From positions 1-59,637 of the forward strand of contig CBDDBZ010000015.1 of the NCBI GenBank assembly GCA_965225945.1: a stretch of 59,637 bases of DNA, in the 5' to 3' direction. The notes beneath the pieces are model-generated. The model saw nothing but the letters and a program-made list of their open reading frames with translations. It had not been told where the DNA came from and did not search any database. This DNA comes from Alphaproteobacteria bacterium. Its GTDB lineage: Bacteria; Pseudomonadota; Alphaproteobacteria; GCA-2731375. The position numbers and the translations under genes are program-made. Position 1 is the stretch's first letter. The number at the start of each line of letters is the position of its first letter. Of this stretch, positions 1 through 10,375 are shown one piece after another.

Positions 1-174
1 CTTTGCTTTTCAAGGGTGTAACAAAATGGCCCCGGCTCGTCCGCGCCGAGCGGCGCTGATAGGCTTGCCCTTTCCGGACGCGTGGCGGGAAGCGGAGATG
101 GCCGGGCTCGGTGGGGCCGAGTGCGCTCGCCGGCACGCTCGCGCGACACGAATGTCGAGATCCTGGCCTATCTC

Positions 175-1351
175 CTAGCGATTTCAACTCCCACATGGCG
201 CGATCGAGGCCGGCGAGGGTCAGCGGGAACATCCGGCGGCCCATGATCTGCTCAAGCATCTCCAGCGAGGGCGTATAGCGCCAATGGCGCTCGGGAACCG
301 GATTGAGCCAGACCGCATGCTTGAAGGGTCCAGCATGCGGGTCATCCAGACTTGGCCCGGTTCCTCGTTCCAATGCTCGACGCTGCCGCCGGGATAGACC
401 ACCTCGTAGGGGCTCATCGTCGCGTCGCCGACGAAGACCAGCTTCCAGTCGGGCCCGTAGGTGTGCAGCACCTGCCAGGGTCGCGATCACCTCGGCGTGG
501 CGGCGACGGTTATCCTTCCAGACCCGCTCGTAGAGGCAGTTGTGGAAGTAGTAATATTCCAAATGCTTGAACTCCGTCCGCGCGGCCGAGAACAGCTCCT
601 CCAAGGTGCGGATGTGGTCGTCCATCGAGCCGCCGACATCGAGCAGTAGCAGCACCTTGATGGCGTTCCTGCGCTCGGGCCGCATCTGGATGTCGGATAT
701 AGCCGCCGTTTTCGGCGGTCGACTTGATGGTGCCGTCGAGATCCAATTCGTCCGGCGAGCCCTCGCGGGCGAAGCGCGAAGGCGCCTGAGCGCCACCTTG
801 ATATTGCGGGTGCCGAGCACCACCGAATCGTCGAAATTGCGGTATTCCCGCTTGTCCCAGACCTTGACCGCGCGGCGATGGCGCGAGCCTTCCTGGCCGA
901 CGCGGATGCCCTCGGGGTTGTAGCCGTAGGCGCCGAAGGGCGAGGTGCCACCGGTGCCGATCCACTTGTTGCCGCCATGGTGGCGCCCTCCTGCTCCTCC
1001 AGGCGCTTCTTGAACGCCTCCATGAGCTTTTCCCAACCGCCCATGGCTTCGATCTGGGCTTTCTCCTCGTCGGTCAGGTAGATTCCGTGAGTTTGCGCAG
1101 CCATTCCTCCGGGATCTCGACCCCGACCGCGTCGTCCTCCGGCTCCAGCCCCTTGAAGACCTGGCCGAAGACCCGGTCGAACTTGTCGATGTTGCGCTCG
1201 TCCTTCACCAGGGACGCGCGGGAGAGGTAATAGAACTTCTCGACGCTGTATTCGGCGACGCCGGCCTTCATGGCATCCATCAGAGTCAGGTATCCTTCAG
1301 GCTGACCGGCACCTTGCCCTTTTTCAGCTCGTAGAAGAAATCGATCAGCAT
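175..1351 (-). CDS. VWA domain-containing (CoxE-like) protein, broken by several frameshifts
   Basis: Pieces in different frames join into one protein: MLIDFFYEL start, FYYLSRASLVKDERNIDKFDRVF, GGWEKLME, LDLDGTIKSTAENGG, VFVGDATMSPYE, WNEEPG. It lies directly downstream of a MoxR ATPase. Boundaries are approximate. Confidence 0.8.
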
Positions 1352-1374
1352 CGGATGGTCTCGCGGTCGCGGGA

Positions 1375-2225
1375 TCAGTTCCCTGGCTCTCTCGCCGCGC
1401 GAGGAACGCCAGGCGCTCGAAGAGGTGCACGTCCTGCTCGTTCTTCAGCAGCGCGCCGTGCAGCGGCGGGATCAGGCTTCCTCGGATCCTTGCTCCGCAG
1501 GACCTCGGGCGAGATGTCGTCGACCATCAGCAACTTCAGCCAATCCAACAATTCCGAGGTCGAGGGCTTCTTCTTCAGTCCCGGGACCTCGCGGATCTCG
1601 TAGAACACGTTCAGCGCCTCGCGCACCAGGTCCTTCAGGATCGAGGGATGATGCACGGCGATGATCTCCAGCATCGTCTCGCGCTCGGGGAAGCGGATGT
1701 AGTGGAAGAAGCAGCGGCGCAGGAAGGCGTCCGGCAACTCTTTCTCGTTGTTCGAGGTGATGACGACGATCGGGCGGTGCCGCGCCTTGACCTCCTCGCG
1801 GGTCTCGTAGACGTGGAATTCCATCCGGTCGAGCTCCAGCAACAGATCGTTCGGGAACTCGATGTCGGCCTTGTCGACCTCGTCGATCAGCAGCACCGTC
1901 GTCTCGTCGGCGACGAAGGCCTCCCAGAGCTTGCCGCGCACGATGTAGTTGGAATGTCGTGCACGCGCCCGTCGCCGAGCTGCGAATCGCGCAGCCTGGA
2001 GACCGCGTCGTATTCGTAGAGCCCCTGCTGCGCCTTGGTGGTGGATTTGATGTGCCACTCGATCAGCGGCTTATCCAGCGCCTTGGCGATCTCGTGGGCG
2101 AGGATGGTCTTGCCGGTGCCGGGCTCGCCCTTGACCAGGAGCGGCCGCTCGAGGGCGATCGCGGCGTTGACGGCGACCATCAGATCCTCGGTCGCGATAT
2201 AGGTATCGGTGCCGGAAAATTTCAT
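1375..2225 (-). CDS. MoxR-family AAA+ ATPase (frameshifted)
   Basis: Walker A GEPGTGKT in ORF 1887..2264; Walker B LLIDEVDKAD and ITSNNEKELPDAFLRRC in ORF 1375..2058. Frameshift near 1955 and another near the C-terminus. Confidence 0.88.
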
Positions 2226-2331
2226 GGTGGCTCTTCGGTGCTGGCGTCCGGGGCGGGCGGACAATAGGGCGCGGCCCGCCGGCGCGCAAGACGAGGCGCG
2301 CCGGCCGGGGCCGGAAGCTGGGGGGCGGACG

Positions 2332-2625
2332 TCAGTCCTTGTTCGCAGCCTCGAAGGCGGCCTTCTGCTCCGCCGTCGCCTCGCGCTGATACTTGGCCTT
2401 CCACTCCGAAAAGGGCATGCCGTAGACGATTTCGCGCGACTGCTCGCGGCTGAGTTCGATGCCGCTCTCGCCCGCCGCGTCCTGGTACCAGTTGGAGAGG
2501 CAGTTGCGGCAGAAGCCGGCGAGGTTCATCAGGTCGATGTTCTGCACGTCGGTGCGTTCGCGCAGGTGAGATACCAGACGGCGAAAGGCCGCCGCCTCCA
2601 ATTCCACACGTGCCTGGTCGTCCAT
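2332..2625 (-). CDS. DUF1244 family protein
   Basis: ELEAAAFRRLVSHLRERTDVQNIDLMNLAGFCRNCLSNWY...IVYGMPFSEWK signature; AGGAG upstream of ATG 2625. Confidence 0.85.
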   Translation of the reverse strand: MDDQARVELEAAAFRRLVSHLRERTDVQNIDLMNLAGFCRNCLSNWYQDAAGESGIELSREQSREIVYGMPFSEWKAKYQREATAEQKAAFEAANKD

Positions 2626-2961
2626 GCCTCGTCTCCTTCGAAGGGAAGATTTGCGTCTCGTTCCGAAAATAGACTGCCCGGCGCCATCTCGCCAGGGGTG
2701 TCGGCGAGGGGTGTGCGGCCGGGTCGGGAGTCGGCACGAATTTATTACCCGCCGGACGCGCCGGCGAGACGATCGGCGATGGCATTCGCCGCGCCGAGCG
2801 CTTACAACCGGCGCTTCCCTCACCGGAGCCTTCGGCTCCTCTCCGCTCGGCCGCGAGAGGGCGATGCAACCTGGTGCCGCGGGTTCGCCACCCGAACCGG
2901 GCGAAAGCCGACACGGTCGGCGCCCCGACCTCGAGCCGAATAATTCTCTGAGGTTCATGCC

Positions 2962-3552
2962 ATGAGTCACGACACCTGGGCGCATCGAATGGTACGGCCC
3001 GCCGTCAGACCGCTGGCGCGGACCGCCATCGCGCCCAATCACCTGACCTGGCTCCGAATCGTGAGCGGTATCGCGGCGGCGGTCGCCCTCGCGCAAGCCG
3101 ACAGGAGCTGGCTCCTGGCTGGCAGCGCGCTCTTCCTCGCCTCCTTCCTGCTCGACCGGGCCGACGGCGAACTCGCCCGGCTTTCCGGCAAGGCAAGCGC
3201 CTTTGGTCACAAACTCGATCTGGTCGGCGACGGCTTGTGCAACGCACTGGCCTTCGTCGGCTTGGGGCTCGGCTTGCGGCACGGTGGTTTAGGTCCGTGG
3301 GCGATTCTCATGGGGCTGGTGGCCGGGCTCTCCGTGGTCGGCGTGCTGGCGATGGTCTGGCGCATCGAGAGGTTGCGGGGCGAGCGGTCGGGCGAGCTGA
3401 GCTCGGTGGGCCTGTTCGATGTCGACGACGCCATTCTGGCGGTGCCGGTCTTCATCTGGCTCGGTCTCGAGGAGGTCCTGTTGATCTTGGCCGCGGTCTC
3501 AGCCCCGCTGGTTTGCGGCGGCTTGATCATCAAATTACGCCGACGGCTCTAG
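2962..3552 (+). CDS. CDP-alcohol phosphatidyltransferase family protein
   Basis: PNHLT plus D-x2-DG-x2-AR-x8-G-x3-D-x3-D motif (DRADGELARLSGKASAFGHKLDLVGD); hydrophobic helices. Confidence 0.88.
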   Translation: MSHDTWAHRMVRPAVRPLARTAIAPNHLTWLRIVSGIAAAVALAQADRSWLLAGSALFLASFLLDRADGELARLSGKASAFGHKLDLVGDGLCNALAFVGLGLGLRHGGLGPWAILMGLVAGLSVVGVLAMVWRIERLRGERSGELSSVGLFDVDDAILAVPVFIWLGLEEVLLILAAVSAPLVCGGLIIKLRRRL

Positions 3553-3666
3553 CCACGACGCGCGACCCGGCCGAACCACCCATTCTCCCGTCCCGCCACG
3601 CATGGAAACGTAGCCTCGGCGCGGCCTTCGAGGGGGTTCCGGGCGAGCAACCGGGCCGGATCGGGG

Positions 3667-4083
3667 TCAGCCCGGCATCTTGTCGAAGGCCTTGGCCGCT
3701 TCGTTCAGGAGCGTCGAAGGCAATTTCCGCGAGACGAAGACGTTGGCCTTCGGCTCGAACCAGCTCGCGTCGTCGATGACACCGACGCGCACGCTACGGC
3801 GCTCGGGCGAGGCACTGTTGGCACCGAACAGCTGAGAGCCGCAGTTCGGGCAAAAATACTTGGTCATGGTCGATCCGCGATCGCTCTCGTGCTGGTAGCT
3901 CGCCGGCTCGCCCTTGCTCACGCTCAGCGCTTCCACCGGCACCATGACCAGGCTGGCGAAGGCGCTGCCGCCGGCGCGCCGGCAATCGTCGCAATGGCAG
4001 TTGGCCTGCATGATCGCGTCGCTGCTGCTCGAGAGTTCGATCTCGCCGCAGAGGCAGCGCGCGGTGAATCCGGTCATCTCCAT
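3667..4083 (-). CDS. GFA (glutathione-dependent formaldehyde-activating-like) family protein
   Basis: CLCG, CHCDDCRR and FCPNCGS zinc motifs. Confidence 0.9.
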   Translation of the reverse strand: MEMTGFTARCLCGEIELSSSSDAIMQANCHCDDCRRAGGSAFASLVMVPVEALSVSKGEPASYQHESDRGSTMTKYFCPNCGSQLFGANSASPERRSVRVGVIDDASWFEPKANVFVSRKLPSTLLNEAAKAFDKMPG

Positions 4084-4288
4084 TCCTCCTCTGGTTCCGG
4101 CGGTTCACCGCCGACGTTCCTCGCAAGATCACCGAAGTCGCCCTCGAAGTCCAACCTCGTTTCGGCCCGAGGCTTCGGCCCTACATTGCCCGGGGCGGGG
4201 GCGCCGGTATTGCCGCGCCCTTCACCGCCGGCGGCGATCGGGCTATCCTCGGCCCAACGGAATCGAAGCGGAACGGAGGCCAGCGCGA

Positions 4289-5158
4289 ATGACCTATCGA
4301 CAAATCGAGGTCCACCCGCTCTCGGGCGCGCTCGGCGCCGAGGTCCGGGGCGTCGACCTGGCCGAGGTGGACGACGCGAGCTTCGCCGAGATCCACCGTG
4401 CCTGGCTCGATCACCTGGTGCTGTTCTTCCGCGACCAGGAGCTCTCGAGCGAAGCGCAGATGGCCTTCGCCCGGCGCCTCGGGCCGCTTCACGTCCACCC
4501 CTACCTGGTCCCCGCCGAGGGCCACCCGGAGGTGATCGAGATCGTCAAGCAGCCGGGCGATAGCCAGAACTTCGGCGGCACCTGGCACTCCGACCTCACC
4601 TATCTGGAAAGCCCGATGAAGGGCGCGATGCTGCTTGCGCGCGAGGTGCCCGAAGCCGGCGGCGACACGCTGTTCGCCAACATGTATCTCGCCTACGAGA
4701 GCCTCTCGCCCGGCTTTCGCCGGCTATTGGCGGGGCTGGTCGCCATCCACAACGACCGCGCCACCGGCTTCTATGACCGCGACCGGGTCGGCACCATGGC
4801 AGTCCTCGAGAGCGCCGAGGCCAAGCACGCGGCCGAGGGGCCGAGCTGGTTCGCCCATCCCGTGGTCCGCAGCCATCCCGAGACCGGGCGCGACCTGCTG
4901 AACGTCAACGCGGCGGTGACGCTTCGATTCGAGGCTATGAGCGAGGCCGAGAGCCGGCCGATCCTCGATTATCTCTTCCGCCATATCAAGCGGCCGGAAT
5001 TCACCTGCCGTTTCCGCTGGGAGGCGGGCTCGGTGGCGCTCTGGGACAACCGCTGCACCCAGCATCGCGCGATCAACGATTATGCGGGCAAGCGCCGGGT
5101 GATGCGCCGCGTGCTGATCGCCGGCGACCGGCCGTTCCAGCGCGCGGCGGCGGAATAG
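4289..5158 (+). CDS. TauD/TfdA family alpha-ketoglutarate-dependent dioxygenase
   Basis: LGAEVRGVDL, WHSD (HxD), GGDTLFANM, HPVVRSHPETG, WDNRCTQH; GGAGG RBS before ATG 4289. Confidence 0.92.
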   Translation: MTYRQIEVHPLSGALGAEVRGVDLAEVDDASFAEIHRAWLDHLVLFFRDQELSSEAQMAFARRLGPLHVHPYLVPAEGHPEVIEIVKQPGDSQNFGGTWHSDLTYLESPMKGAMLLAREVPEAGGDTLFANMYLAYESLSPGFRRLLAGLVAIHNDRATGFYDRDRVGTMAVLESAEAKHAAEGPSWFAHPVVRSHPETGRDLLNVNAAVTLRFEAMSEAESRPILDYLFRHIKRPEFTCRFRWEAGSVALWDNRCTQHRAINDYAGKRRVMRRVLIAGDRPFQRAAAE

Positions 5159-5217
5159 GGTTTCCGCCCGGGCCACCCGGCGAACCGAAACCACACCTCG
5201 AGGGGAGGGAAACGCCC

Positions 5218-5994
5218 GTGCAGCCGGAGCTCATCAAGACCGAGCTGGTCGAGGATACCATCGCCCTGGTGAGGCTCGACAACCCGCCCGTCAACGCCCA
5301 CAGCCAACAACTGCTCGAGGAGATCGCCTGGACCTTCGACTCGCTGAGCGACCGGGAGGATGTCCGGGTGGTGGTTCTCACGGGCGAAGGCAAATGTTTC
5401 TGCGCCGGCGCGGACCTCAAGGAGCGGGTCGGCGCGAAGCGCCGCGACGGCGACCACTGGCAAAATAGCCGTCGCGCGCGCGAGGCCTATCACTCCATCA
5501 TGGAATGCCGGAAACCGGTCATCGCCGCCATCAACGGCCCCGCGCTCGGCGGCGGTCTTGCGCTCGTCGCGTCGTGCGACATCCTGCTCGCCAGCGAAGC
5601 GGGCTGCATCGGCCTGCCGGAGATCACCGTCGGGCTTCTGGGGGGCGGGCGCCATGCTCAGCGCCTGTTCGGCGATTCGCGGCTGCGCCGGATGATGCTG
5701 ACCGGCTTGCGCGTGTTCGGGCCCGAGTTGTATCGCCTCGGCGTCGTCGAGGACTGCACCGCGCCCGAGGAACTGCTGGCCGAGTCGCTTGCCATCGCGC
5801 GTGAAATCTCGGCCAAGAGCCCGATGGCGGTCAAACTGGCCAAACACGCGCTCAATCAGATCGAGGAAATGAGCCTGCGGGACGGCTATCGCTTCGAGCA
5901 GTCGATGACGGGCGAGCTGAGCGGAAGCGAGGATTCCAAGGAAGCGATGCGCGCCTTCGTCGAAAAGCGCGAACCGGTCTTCAAGGGGCGCTGA
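5218..5994 (+). CDS. Enoyl-CoA hydratase/isomerase (crotonase) family protein
   Basis: FCAGADLKE, KPVIAAINGPALGGG, LPEI, C-terminal AFVEKREPVFKGR. Confidence 0.9.
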   Translation: MQPELIKTELVEDTIALVRLDNPPVNAHSQQLLEEIAWTFDSLSDREDVRVVVLTGEGKCFCAGADLKERVGAKRRDGDHWQNSRRAREAYHSIMECRKPVIAAINGPALGGGLALVASCDILLASEAGCIGLPEITVGLLGGGRHAQRLFGDSRLRRMMLTGLRVFGPELYRLGVVEDCTAPEELLAESLAIAREISAKSPMAVKLAKHALNQIEEMSLRDGYRFEQSMTGELSGSEDSKEAMRAFVEKREPVFKGR

Positions 5995-6168
5995 AGGCGG
6001 CGGGCCGCGAATTATTATTTGGCGTTACGGACAAGGGAAAGCCTTGGCGGGCAATTGACGCGCGGCACGTCTTGAACCGCGATCCTCGACGTTTTGGGCC
6101 AATTCGACCGACCACCGTGTGGAAGACCACGAACGGCGCGCCATCCAGGTCAAACGAGGAGTTTCGTA

Positions 6169-7092
6169 ATGACGAAAAACACAATCGAGTTCGGCACGGC
6201 GTTGCGTTCACCCTATGACGTCGCGCGATTGTCTCGCCAGATCGAGGCCCTCGGCTTCGACATCCTCGGTTGCGGCGAGCATGTCAGCTTCCATGGCGAC
6301 ACCGCCAATGGTTTCATCTCGCTTTCGGTGGCGGCCGGCGCGACGAGGGATATTCGTCTGATGAGCACGATCACGCTGGTGCCGCTCTACCCCGCCGCCC
6401 TGCTCGCCAAGATGGGCGCGGCGCTCGACGTCGCCTCGGGCGGACGCTACACCATGGGCGTCGGCGTCGGCGGAGAGTTTCCGAATGAATTCGAGGCCTG
6501 CGGCATACCGCTCAGCGAGCGCGGATTGCGAACCGACGACGCGCTCGAGGTGCTCACGCGGACCTGGACGGCAAGCAACGTCACCTACGACGGCCGCTAC
6601 ACCAAGCTGGAGAATTTCAGCCTGAAGCCGTTGCCGATTCAGAAGCCGCGCCCGCCGATCTGGGTCTCTGGACGCACCAACGCCGCGATGGGCCGCGCGG
6701 CGAAATACGCCGACGGTTGGCTGCCCTACATGTACACGCCGGAACAGCTCGCCGAGAGCATTGCCACGATCCGCGCGCGAGGCGAAGACCAAGGTCGTGA
6801 CATGACCGATTTCACCTTCGGAATGTATATCTTCACCGCCGTCCATGAGGAGAACGAGCGCGCCGTGAGCTTCGCCGTCGATCGACTGAGCAAGCAATAT
6901 TCGCAGGACTTCACCAAGCTGGTGGGCAAATACGCCTTGGCCGGGGACCCTCGGCACTGCCAGGCGCGCCTACGCGAATACATCGATGCCGGGGCGAGCA
7001 CGATTTTCGTATCGTCGGCCTGCCCGGACGATTACCTCGACACGAACCTGGAGATGATCGCCTCGGAGATTATCCCCGCGTTTCGTCCATAA
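6169..7092 (+). CDS. LLM class flavin-dependent oxidoreductase
   Basis: GEHV, PAALLAKMGAALDVASGGR, GVGVGGEFPNEFEACG, PIQKPRPPIWV, RAAKYADGW. Confidence 0.9.
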   Translation: MTKNTIEFGTALRSPYDVARLSRQIEALGFDILGCGEHVSFHGDTANGFISLSVAAGATRDIRLMSTITLVPLYPAALLAKMGAALDVASGGRYTMGVGVGGEFPNEFEACGIPLSERGLRTDDALEVLTRTWTASNVTYDGRYTKLENFSLKPLPIQKPRPPIWVSGRTNAAMGRAAKYADGWLPYMYTPEQLAESIATIRARGEDQGRDMTDFTFGMYIFTAVHEENERAVSFAVDRLSKQYSQDFTKLVGKYALAGDPRHCQARLREYIDAGASTIFVSSACPDDYLDTNLEMIASEIIPAFRP

Positions 7093-7227
7093 GGCAGGCA
7101 CAAGCTGCTTGCGAATAACTTCCACATGTCCGGAAATGCGGGTGTCGCCTACGGGTCTGGTCAGGAATCGTGCGCCCACCGGATGCACGCGGCTCATGGA
7201 CCGCTGGTAAATGGAATACTGCCCGAA

Positions 7228-7480
7228 GAAAAGGGGTCATTCTCCTTTTTAACTGGTTTGCATGGCCGGCCACGGGGTCTCGGGGTGGACTCAAGGCCGA
7301 GCCGACGGGCGGTGCGCGGACCCCAACGATCGGTGCCGAACGGCGTCCCGCGATCGACGCCGTGACGAGGCGCCGCGAGTTGCGCCGCCGGTTTCGCGCG
7401 CCCGCCGGAGGCACGGCCGCGAGGCATGCGCCGATCCCAACGCATCCGTTCCGCCGAATAAAGTACAATGACCCCTTTTC
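7228..7480. repeat. Non-coding element bounded by inverted repeats (REP/MITE-like)
   Basis: gaaaaggggtcatt (7228-7241) and its exact reverse complement aatgaccccttttc (7467-7480); the match extends inward imperfectly (ctccttt versus gtacttt). Confidence 0.55.
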
Positions 7481-7572
7481 CGCCTCCTAGTGTACCGACT
7501 CTAACGCCTGTCGCCCACGAGCGACTTTTTCGAGTATGGCGGTGGCGGAAGCGGTCCATACGAAGGGTTTTG

Positions 7573-8677
7573 CTTGCCTATCCGGTTAACGCCCATGACC
7601 GCTACATGTAGGGTGCCGCCACTCTCCCGAGTAAAGCTCGGCATAGGTTGGAGCAGAGGTGTCGCCCGCGATGCCGAGCAATGAGCGGAAGGCGTTGAAC
7701 GGGTAGAACCGCCTGTTGAAGCGGAAGGTGAACTCGTTGAGGTAGGCTTGTAGGTGCTGGTGGCTAACGCCGTGGTGGATACCGATCAGCCACGTCTTCA
7801 GGTTGGCGAAAACCAGATGGATGATCGGCAGGTATTGCTCGGCAACCTCTGGATCACCACACTCGGCAACAGCGAAGTGCTCATAGCCGCGCTTACCGAG
7901 GCCAGCATAGCCGCTCCAATCGTCAGTAACGATCAGCGATCCCGGCGCGACGGTGCTCTCGACGAACCCACAGAGCGACTCGGCGCTACGGTCGAGCACG
8001 ACGGCGAGCCGAACGCGTCCGGCATAGCGTCCGTCTTTCCGGTTGTCGAGCTTGGTGCCCGGCTTTCGATGACGCACCTCGATGGCACAGGAGACGAGAA
8101 CCTTGTGGTGAACACCACGGCCTTCCCCACGCGTTCGCCCGCCAACCCAGGTTTCGTCCACCTCAACATGGTTCTTGGGCTGTCCACCGATCCTGTCTTG
8201 GTTGGGCCGCACCATGCCCGAGCGGAGCTTGTGGAGAATTTGAAAGGCCGTCTCGTAGCGCGAAAGACCAAGTTGCCGCTGAAACTGCACGGCGGACATG
8301 CCGGGCGTCTGACTGGCGACCAGATAAGCGGCCCAGAACCAGACGTTCAGCGGAGTGTGGCTACGCTCCATCACTGTTCCCACCGTCAGCCCGGTGTTCT
8401 GGCGGCACTTGCGGCAGCGCAGGACGCCAGGGCGGTTTTCAAAGTGGCACGGCTCTCCCGCCGTGCCGCAGTGCGGGCAGGCAAAGCCGTCTCCCCAGCG
8501 GGCTTTCTCCAGGTAGGCGGCGCAGGCCGCATCATCGGGGAAAAGTCGCTGGAACTCGGGTAGCGAATGCGGGAATGGGAGATCGGCGCGGTCGAGAACA
8601 TCCATGGCGCGCTCCCCTATATCCGGTTTGCGCCCATTCTAGCCCTAGTGGGTGTGGGTGTAAACCGGATAGGCAAG
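7573..8677 (-). mobile_element. IS1595-family insertion sequence, complete copy
   Basis: About 23-bp imperfect terminal IRs cttgcctatccggttaacgccca / tgggtgtaaaccggataggcaag enclosing the transposase. Confidence 0.9.
7586..8605 (-). CDS. IS1595-family transposase
   Basis: Zn ribbon CPHCG...CRKC, VEVDETWVGG, IVTDDWSGY, HLQAYLNEFTFRFNRR. Confidence 0.93.
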   Translation of the reverse strand: MDVLDRADLPFPHSLPEFQRLFPDDAACAAYLEKARWGDGFACPHCGTAGEPCHFENRPGVLRCRKCRQNTGLTVGTVMERSHTPLNVWFWAAYLVASQTPGMSAVQFQRQLGLSRYETAFQILHKLRSGMVRPNQDRIGGQPKNHVEVDETWVGGRTRGEGRGVHHKVLVSCAIEVRHRKPGTKLDNRKDGRYAGRVRLAVVLDRSAESLCGFVESTVAPGSLIVTDDWSGYAGLGKRGYEHFAVAECGDPEVAEQYLPIIHLVFANLKTWLIGIHHGVSHQHLQAYLNEFTFRFNRRFYPFNAFRSLLGIAGDTSAPTYAELYSGEWRHPTCSGHGR

Positions 8678-8698
8678 CAACGAACCAGGACCACCGCA

Positions 8699-9203
8699 GT
8701 GCGTCATCGAAAGCCGGGCACCAAACTCGACAACCGGAAAGACGGACGCTATGCCGGACGCGTTCGGCTCGCCGTCGTGCTCGACCGTAGCGCCGAGTCG
8801 CTCTGTGGGTTCGTCGAGAGCACCGTCGCGCCGGGATCGCTGATCGTTACTGACGATTGGAGCGGCTATGCTGGCCTCGGTAAGCGCGGCTATGAGCACT
8901 TCGCTGTTGCCGAGTGTGGTGATCCAGAGGTTGCCGAGCAATACCTGCCGATCATCCATCTGGTTTTCGCCAACCTGAAGACGTGGCTGATCGGTATCCA
9001 CCACGGCGTTAGCCACCAGCACCTACAAGCCTACCTCAACGAGTTCACCTTCCGCTTCAACAGGCGGTTCTACCCGTTCAACGCCTTCCGCTCATTGCTC
9101 GGCATCGCGGGCGACACCTCTGCTCCAACCTATGCCGAGCTTTACTCGGGAGAGTGGCGGCACCCTACATGTAGCGGTCATGGGCGTTAACCGGATAGGC
9201 AAG
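8699..9203 (+). mobile_element. Truncated inverted copy of the same IS1595 (3-prime 505 bp)
   Basis: Reverse complement of 7573-8077, with one visible synonymous difference (8725 versus 8051); ends in the same terminal IR. Confidence 0.92.
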
Positions 9204-10375
9204 GGTTTTGGATCGGCATTGTGGTGCTCGAGGTATTCCTGAATGGCTGTTTCGAGTTCGGCGACGCTCTTGAACACGCCGCAACGGATTTGATCGCTGG
9301 TGATCAGGCCGAAGAAGCGTTCGACCTGGCTGAGCCAGGAGGCGGATGTCGGAGTGAAGTGCATATGGAAGCGAGGATGTTTTGCCAACCACGCCTTGAC
9401 CTTGGGATGCTTGTGGGTGGCGTAGTTGTCGGCGATCAGATGCAGGTCGAGCTTCTTGGGCGTCTCGGCGTCGATACGGCGCAGGAATTTCAGCCATTCC
9501 TGATGGCGGTGCCGCTTCATGCAGTGGCCGATGACCTTGCCGGTGGCGACGTCGAGCGCGGCGAACAATGTCGTCGTGCCGTGGCGCTTGTAGTCATGCG
9601 TCATGGTGCCGGCTCGGCCCTTCTTGATCGGCAAGCCGGGCTGTGTGCGGTCGAGCGCCTGGATCTGGCTCTTCTCGTCGACCGAGAGAACCAGCGCCTT
9701 GTCCGGCGGATCGAGATAGAGACCGACGATATCGCGCACCTTCTCGACGAAGTGTTCGTCATTCGACAGCTTGAAGGTCTTCACCAGGTGCGGCTTGAGG
9801 CCGTGCGCCTTCCAGATCCGCTGCACGCTGGTGTAGCTGAGGCCGACGGCACGGGCCATCTTGCGGATGCTCCAATGCGTCGCCGCCTCCGGCGTCTCGT
9901 GCAAGGTCTTATGCACAACCCGCTCGATCACCTCGGCGCTCAGCGGCGGCTTGCGTCCCGGTCGCGTCGCATCGCGGCGCAGTCCGGCGATGCCTTTGGC
10001 AAGGTAGCGCTCCTGCCAGCGCCACACCGTCACCTTACTTTTGCCGACCAACCGGACGATCGTCATCGTGCCGATCCCGTCAGCCGACAGCAACACGATC
10101 CGTGCCCGCCAAACCAGCTTCTGCGGCGTGTTCCGCCCAGAAACCAACCCTTCCAGCGTCGCCCGCTCCGCGGGAGACAGCCAGATGCATGCCAATGTCT
10201 TCGTCATTCCCCCAGAATCGCAGAACGCAAGCCCTTTGGGAAACTTTTGTTAGGATCGGAACACTAGAGAGGAATTGATCGTAATCACCGACAGAAATTC
10301 CATTTTCGCGAAACGGATTTTCCCCCTGCCACCGAGAACTCGCCTTGCGAGGCCATGCCAAACCGGGGACCGCCG

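Larger units (their letters stand above)
7487..10207 (-). pseudogene. IS630 transposase split by insertion (N-part 9204-10207, C-terminal tail 7487-7572)
   Basis: VDEKSQIQALDR, THDYKRHGTTTLFAAL, DNYATHK, HFTPTSASWLSQVERFF; the frame stops at NADPKP and resumes as KPFVWTASATAILEKVARGRQALESVH* at 7487-7572. Confidence 0.9.
7490..10264 (-). mobile_element. IS630-family insertion sequence interrupted by a nested IS1595 composite
   Basis: Ends gtgtaccga... and ...tcggaacac form imperfect IRs, each inside CTAG (7487-7490, 10264-10267), matching the TA target duplication of IS630. Confidence 0.9.

Noticed and set aside
8567-9190. Independent 207-aa transposase
   Set aside because: Chimeric ORF reading from the IS end into the truncated inverted copy; it lacks the Zn ribbon and the first catalytic Asp.
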